A DNA stretch of 62,523 nucleotides, counting the filler, from an uncultured bacterium (GTDB lineage Bacteria > DAOPZR01), in the NCBI GenBank assembly GCA_964637655.1. It is 5 parts of 5 records of this genome, joined end to end, with 100 filler letters (N's around TTAATTAATTAA, not from the genome) between each part and the next. Parts side by side here need not be neighbours in the genome. Positions count along the whole stretch, not along the records: positions 50,371 to 62,523 come from CAZWUZ010000100.1; 4 more parts are not named here. One strand, 5' to 3'. The notes beneath the pieces are model-generated. The model had not been told where the DNA came from, made no database searches, and saw nothing but the letters and a program-made list of their open reading frames with translations. Both the position numbers and the translations under genes were made by a program. Within the stretch, counting starts at the first letter, position 1; every line of letters begins with the position of its first letter. Of this stretch, positions 57,874-62,523 are shown in pieces.

Positions 57874-57978
57874 ATGGCAAACAAGGAGCAGGTCAACAAG
57901 AAGGAAACGAAGAAGGCCCCGAAGTTGTCGCTGAAAGAGAAGCGGGCGGCCAAGAAGGCGAAGAAGTTCGGTATCTAA
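57874..57978 (+). CDS. 34-aa Lys-rich small protein MANKEQVNKKETKKAPKLSLKEKRAAKKAKKFGI
   Basis: GGAGG RBS at 57861; followed by an intrinsic terminator; below the ORF-track size cutoff. Confidence 0.7.
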   Translation: MANKEQVNKKETKKAPKLSLKEKRAAKKAKKFGI

Positions 57979-58013
57979 CCTGTTTGTAGTTCAGCGCTTG
58001 AGTCAGCAGAAAC

Positions 58014-58047
58014 ACGGCCGCAGGTCCCATCCTGCGGCCGTTCTTTT
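58014..58047 (+). terminator. Rho-independent terminator
   Basis: ACGGCCGCAGG-loop-CCTGCGGCCGT followed by TCTTTT. Confidence 0.8.
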
Positions 58048-58049
58048 AG

Positions 58050-58193
58050 TGGGGACAGGTGTTTACAAATTAACAAACTCCTGTACAAGTGCCGTATAAC
58101 GCGTCTAGAGCGGTTGGCAGAGGGCAAAACCCGTATAAAGCGCTTATAACCACTCTATACGAAAGTTAGTTAATTTGTAAACACCTGTCCCCA
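58050..58193. mobile_element. MITE/REPIN-like non-autonomous element
   Basis: Perfect 25-bp terminal inverted repeats TGGGGACAGGTGTTTACAAATTAAC (58050-74 and 58169-93); AT-rich, no internal gene. Confidence 0.65.
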
Positions 58194-58207
58194 TGGTTAT
58201 GGGGGGG

Positions 58208-58235
58208 TCAAGTTTGCGGGATGCCTTGCCGATAA
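58208..58235 (+). promoter_or_regulatory. Sigma28 (FliA/SigD) promoter of flagellin
   Basis: TCAAGTTT-N12-GCCGATAA. Confidence 0.8.
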
Positions 58236-58264
58236 GCGTGATAGACGCCGCTGAAAGGCGGCCG

Positions 58265-58309
58265 GCAGTGCGGAACATGGATGTTCCGCTGCGATAGCCC
58301 ACGGACGGG
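58265..58309 (+). promoter_or_regulatory. CsrA/RsmA-type GGA hairpins in the flagellin leader
   Basis: GCGGAACA-TGGA-TGTTCCGC (ACAUGGAUGU) and CCC-ACGGAC-GGG. Confidence 0.7.
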
Positions 58310-58477
58310 TAGGAAACGTCAAAACGCTCCCCGGTGTGAACCGGCGGGGCTTTCGGGCCGCAGACGGGCATCCCGTGGCGGCCCTTGTTGTCGCCATCGC
58401 TTCCCACGCCGCAAGCGGGGACGGGCGGCCATGCCAGTATCCGCCACTACAACCGCATATTGCCGGGGCCAGCGCTG

Positions 58478-61400
58478 ATGCAGATCCGCAACAACGTCGG
58501 GGCCATGTTTGCCGCGCATCAGCTGGCGAACGCGGACAAGGCGCTGGCGGGGACGCTCAAGCAGCTGAGCAGCGGTCTGCGCATCCATTCCGGCGGCGAC
58601 GACGCCGCGGGGCTGGCGGTGTCGGAAAAAATCCGCACGCAGGTGTTCGGGTCTGACCAGGCGCGGCGCAACGTGCGCGACGCGGTGTCGCTGATGCAGA
58701 CCACCGAAGCGGCGCTCGAAGAGACCTACCACATGGTCCAGCGTATGCGCGTGCTGGCCATCCAGTCGGCCAACGGCACGCTGACCGACGATGACCGCGC
58801 CCTGCTGCAGCTCGAGGTGCGCGGGTTGATGACGGAGATCGACCGCATCGCGCTCGGGGTCGACTGGAACGGGCGGCGCCCGCTGGAAACCTATCTGGAA
58901 AACATCACCCCGGTGCCGACCAACGCGGTCGAGACCGGCTACCTCGTCGGCGAACTGGCGGAGGGGATCCACCGGGTCGACATGCTGCAGGCGGCGGAGC
59001 GGCATATCATCGAGACGCGCCTGCCGTGGGAGGTCATCCACGAACGCGACACCTTCCTGCAGCATAGCGCGGCGAGCGGCACCCCGACGTACAACACCGG
59101 GCAGATCGATTTCCACGCCGCCATCGACGACAAAACGCAGGTCGGCATCCTCGATGAGGTCTGGTCGGTCGAACGCGCCGGGGCGGAATTCCTGCTCGAC
59201 GACGAAACCACCGCGCAGCCGGAATGGACCTGGTTAGACGACGCCACCGGCGGCATTCTGGTTATCCCGGGGACGAGTGCCACCAACAGCGCCATCGAAT
59301 TCGACAGTTTCGTCGATCCCGCGCGGCAGGCGGCGTTTACTTTCAATATCGAGAACGCGGCAGACGGCACCGCGACCACGCTCCCCATCCGCAACGGCTC
59401 GGTGGTCATCCGCGACGGCGACGGCAACGCGCAGAATATCGTCGCGGGGAGCACGTTCTACAATACCGACACGGACATGGCCGGGGAAACGCTGGCCACC
59501 GGCGGCTGGGCTTTCGGTTTTACCGACTGGCAGACCGCTACCGACGAGGTGGTGGCAGCGACCGGTCCCTGGACGTTCACCACCGCCAACAACGGGTACG
59601 ACCTGGTGTTCAACGGGGCGCTGCCGGTAACGCAGGATAACGCGCAGGTGTTCAACGCCGGGCAGGCGCCCTCGACGCAGACCGGCTACACGAAGAACGT
59701 GGTGAGCGGGGCACTGCAGGCGTTCGTCGCGACCGCGGACGACACGGTCTCGGTGCGCAATGGGGTGACCAACGAACTGGCGGTCAGCGCGGTGCGCTAC
59801 TGGGGCGAAGACGTGGCGGGCGAGGCCATCGCGCTGGCTGACACGACCGGGCTGCCTGATGACCGAGGCACGTTCAACCTCGCCAATACGAACATCAGCA
59901 ATGCCGCGCAGACCGGGCTGGGCGTCGCCGGCGGCAGCACTTCGGTCGCCTTTACCGGCGGCGTACTGACCAATGCGGTGGCGGGTCAGGCGCAGGTGCT
60001 CAATGACGGCGACTACTACGTCAACCACACAACCGGCGAAGTGACCTACAAACTGACCACCGGGGCGGCGGCGGAGAGCGCAAACTACGCGCATCGCCGC
60101 GATTTTGCCATCCCCGCGGAACTCGGGGCCTACGACGAGGCGAACGGCGATTTTACCATGGCGGGCGGCTCGTTCAGCGCGGGTGACACCGTCTACGTGA
60201 GCTACAGCTACACGAACGGAGTGACCCTCAATGCCCCGTCGCGCAACGGCGGCACCATCGATTTGATCGGGGCCAACGCGGTGACTGACGGCGGCGGCCC
60301 GCTGGTCAACGGGGCCGACTACTCGTACAACAACGCCACCGGCGTGCTCACCTACCTGACGGACAACGCCGGCGGCCTGCAGGTCGACTATGACTATAAC
60401 GTCGGCTACAGCATCACGGGTGCCACCATCAATGCCGCCACCGGCGCCATCGCGTTGAGCGGGGCGCAGAACGCGGGCCGGCCGGCGCTCGATGCCGGTG
60501 GTACGGTGCGGGTCGACTACCGCTGGCAGGACGACCAGGCGAACTTCATCACGCTGGCGGCGCCAAGTTCCTACGGCGGCAACAAGATGGTCAAGAGCGT
60601 CACGGTCAACGGGCTGCCGGGCGGAGTGAACGTCACCGGGTTCAACGCCGCGACCGGCGTGGTCACCTTCGACGGTATCGTCGACCCGGGAACCATCAGC
60701 GTCGACTACACCTACCGCGCCCGCTACACGGTAAGCAGCATCGATTATATCAACGGCACGGTGAGCGTAGCCAATCCGGGGCTCAACACCCCCGACCCGA
60801 CCTCCGCCGACAACCTGACCGATTACACTTTCGACTACGACTGGTACCACACGGTGCGCATCGGCTACTACCAGCTCGATGCCTACCCGATGAACGAGGA
60901 CGGCTTCTACGTCGCGCGCGACCTGAACGGTGACGGGGTCTTCGGCGAAGGTGACGTGAACCTGGCGGCAGGGACCGACCCCGGCGAATACATCCGCGAC
61001 CTCGGCGGCATCCGGCTCAACGGGCAGGCGCTGGTCGACCCCGACCCCGACTATGACGGGGTGATGGAGAACCAGGCGATCGGCATCGACTACATCCGTG
61101 ACGTGCCGCAGACCATCGACACCAATCCGGGCGGTCAACTCGACCGCTCGCTGACCACCATCGGGGAGCGGGTGCCGACGGTGCCCGGCGACGCCGGCAA
61201 CAACGACGGGCTGTTCAACGATTTCTGGGGCACGGACATGCTCGCGTTCACCTGTGACGGGGTGCGGGTGGACGTGCAGGTACACGGCACCGACACGGTG
61301 GCTGACCTCATTGGCCGCATCAACGCGCGCGCGGACGAGGAAGGGTGCAAAATAACCGCCGAGTTCAACGACGACACGCAGCAGCTGCGTATCTTCGCTG

Positions 61401-62059
61401 ATGAAGAGGGAACGCGCTACCGCATCACGGTCAACGACGAGACGTTCGGGCCCGAGGACCTCGCGGGCAACCCGAAGAGTTCGCTCAACTTCACCACCGT
61501 GCAGGAACCGGTCAACCCGGTCGTGCGCGTCACCACCGCGCAGGGTGCGGTCTCGACGCGCACCAGCGATAGCAACTACTTCGACGTGACGAACTCGGGG
61601 ATCGCCGGCGCGGCCTTCAACCTGGCGGACGAGGCGGAGGCGGGCTGGGAGGCGTGGCTGCGCCTGAATGCGGTGACCTTCCATATCGGGGCCAATGCCG
61701 ACCAGATCAAGGACGTCAACTTCCGCGACATGCAGGCGTCCTCGCTGACGGTCGACCGCATGGACGTCAGCACGCAGGCGGGGGCGGAAGCGTCCATCGC
61801 GGTCGCGGACACCGCGCTGCGCATCGTCGGCGATTACCGCTCGTTTCTCGGCGCGGTGCAGCAGACGCTGGAGGCGCGCAGCAATTTCCTCGGGGTGGCG
61901 GGCGAGCAGCAGTCGTCCGCCGACGCGCGCATCCGCGACGTCGATATCGGCGAAGCGGTGATGCGACAGACGAAGGGGCAGATCATGGTGCAATCGACGC
62001 AGGCGTTTCTCGCGCAGGCGAACGTGAAGGCGGAAGCCGTGCTCCGCCTGCTCGGCTGA
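58478..62059 (+). CDS. fliC: Giant flagellin (about 1190 aa) with a large central insert
   Basis: LSSGLRI..GGDDAAGLAVSE, QRMR.LA.QSANGT; C-terminal FHIGAN, R..LGA.Q, RIRDVD, LAQAN...VL.LL. Confidence 0.93.
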   Translation: MQIRNNVGAMFAAHQLANADKALAGTLKQLSSGLRIHSGGDDAAGLAVSEKIRTQVFGSDQARRNVRDAVSLMQTTEAALEETYHMVQRMRVLAIQSANGTLTDDDRALLQLEVRGLMTEIDRIALGVDWNGRRPLETYLENITPVPTNAVETGYLVGELAEGIHRVDMLQAAERHIIETRLPWEVIHERDTFLQHSAASGTPTYNTGQIDFHAAIDDKTQVGILDEVWSVERAGAEFLLDDETTAQPEWTWLDDATGGILVIPGTSATNSAIEFDSFVDPARQAAFTFNIENAADGTATTLPIRNGSVVIRDGDGNAQNIVAGSTFYNTDTDMAGETLATGGWAFGFTDWQTATDEVVAATGPWTFTTANNGYDLVFNGALPVTQDNAQVFNAGQAPSTQTGYTKNVVSGALQAFVATADDTVSVRNGVTNELAVSAVRYWGEDVAGEAIALADTTGLPDDRGTFNLANTNISNAAQTGLGVAGGSTSVAFTGGVLTNAVAGQAQVLNDGDYYVNHTTGEVTYKLTTGAAAESANYAHRRDFAIPAELGAYDEANGDFTMAGGSFSAGDTVYVSYSYTNGVTLNAPSRNGGTIDLIGANAVTDGGGPLVNGADYSYNNATGVLTYLTDNAGGLQVDYDYNVGYSITGATINAATGAIALSGAQNAGRPALDAGGTVRVDYRWQDDQANFITLAAPSSYGGNKMVKSVTVNGLPGGVNVTGFNAATGVVTFDGIVDPGTISVDYTYRARYTVSSIDYINGTVSVANPGLNTPDPTSADNLTDYTFDYDWYHTVRIGYYQLDAYPMNEDGFYVARDLNGDGVFGEGDVNLAAGTDPGEYIRDLGGIRLNGQALVDPDPDYDGVMENQAIGIDYIRDVPQTIDTNPGGQLDRSLTTIGERVPTVPGDAGNNDGLFNDFWGTDMLAFTCDGVRVDVQVHGTDTVADLIGRINARADEEGCKITAEFNDDTQQLRIFADEEGTRYRITVNDETFGPEDLAGNPKSSLNFTTVQEPVNPVVRVTTAQGAVSTRTSDSNYFDVTNSGIAGAAFNLADEAEAGWEAWLRLNAVTFHIGANADQIKDVNFRDMQASSLTVDRMDVSTQAGAEASIAVADTALRIVGDYRSFLGAVQQTLEARSNFLGVAGEQQSSADARIRDVDIGEAVMRQTKGQIMVQSTQAFLAQANVKAEAVLRLLG

Positions 62060-62064
62060 CGGCG

Positions 62065-62523
62065 ATGGACGCACGCTGGCAGCGCGCGGGCGATACGGCG
62101 CTGCGCGCGGCGCGGCGCCACCTGCGCCTGACCGCGGTCCTGCTCTATGCCCCGCTGGCCCTGCTCGCCCTCGCCTGGACGGGCCTGCAGGGGCGTGACA
62201 GCATTTTTACCGGGCCGGTCATCGACACGGGCGGCCTGCTTCCCGCGCTGGTCTTCGGCGGTTTTGCCGGCTGGGTGCTGGCGCTGGCGAGTGACTGGTG
62301 CACGAAGCGGTTCGCGTGGTCGCGGACGCTCGAAGGTGAATTCGCCGCTTCGCTCGGGCCGCTGGCGACGTTTGACTGCTGGTGGCTGGCGCTGTGGAGC
62401 GCGCTGGCAGACTTTATGGTGCGCAACGAACTCGACACCATGGTCGGCTGTGCCAGCATTCCCATGCTTCACAACGGCGTGGTCAGTGGCGATGCGGCCG
62501 CCAGCATCTGGCAGCAAGTGCGC
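62065..62523 (+). CDS. CPBP/Abi-like membrane protein N-terminus, probably mis-joined to a GNAT (OlsB-like) fragment; open to the window end
   Basis: MDARW...3 TM segments...LGPL...LALWSALA, then DFMVRNELDTMVGCASIPM instead of the expected EE..FRG. Confidence 0.5.
   Translation, partial: MDARWQRAGDTALRAARRHLRLTAVLLYAPLALLALAWTGLQGRDSIFTGPVIDTGGLLPALVFGGFAGWVLALASDWCTKRFAWSRTLEGEFAASLGPLATFDCWWLALWSALADFMVRNELDTMVGCASIPMLHNGVVSGDAAASIWQQVR

Noticed and set aside
58110-58145. GGGCAAAACCC resembling a c-di-GMP-I riboswitch upstream of flagellin
   Set aside because: Lacks the GNRA-capped P2 and the GCAAAG/P3 elements, and lies inside the inverted-repeat element upstream of the promoter
58900-61670. 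Flagellinolysin (metallopeptidase flagellin)
   Set aside because: No HExxH motif found in the insert
53577-62059. cysC, phosphodiesterase and B12-rSAM as a flagellin-modification island
   Set aside because: Separated from flagellin by a terminator and an independent sigma28 promoter, with no glycosyl- or sulfotransferase between them; proximity alone is insufficient

Overview
The window is five separate GC-rich bacterial contigs (1-12620, 12721-25290, 25391-37874, 37975-50270, 50371-62523). They are joined by artificial N44-TTAATTAATTAA-N44 linkers in order of decreasing length, so genes on different contigs are not neighbours. Contig 1 is a surface-glycan cluster rich in radical-SAM genes, with a split transketolase, glycosyltransferases and a YfhO-like membrane protein. 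Contig 2 carries the standout locus: relA/spoT 3' end, pspF, tandem UAS palindromes, a sigma54 promoter, pspA, a small coiled-coil ORF, three paralogous membrane Ser/Thr kinases and a secreted HEAT-like protein. Each kinase contains an embedded PspA/IM30 (ESCRT-III-like) domain and a different ectodomain (Kelch, Kelch, LamG-like), and no pspB/pspC is seen. Contig 3 has a housekeeping string (miaB, SLT, frameshifted TPR-SPOR, HD-GYP, mutS, ATP-cone nucleoside kinase) ending in an orphan Nif11-leader RiPP precursor, plus a ThrRS-like/uridine-kinase fusion and lipA. Contig 4 has secreted proteins and another glycan cluster. Contig 5 has radical SAMs, DUF72, a phosphodiesterase-[Phd/VapC]-cysC string, REP-like repeats, a palindromic MITE-like element, a giant flagellin (about 1190 aa) with a sigma28 promoter and CsrA-type sites, and a probable chimeric contig end. 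All family calls come from motifs read by eye; no searches were run.
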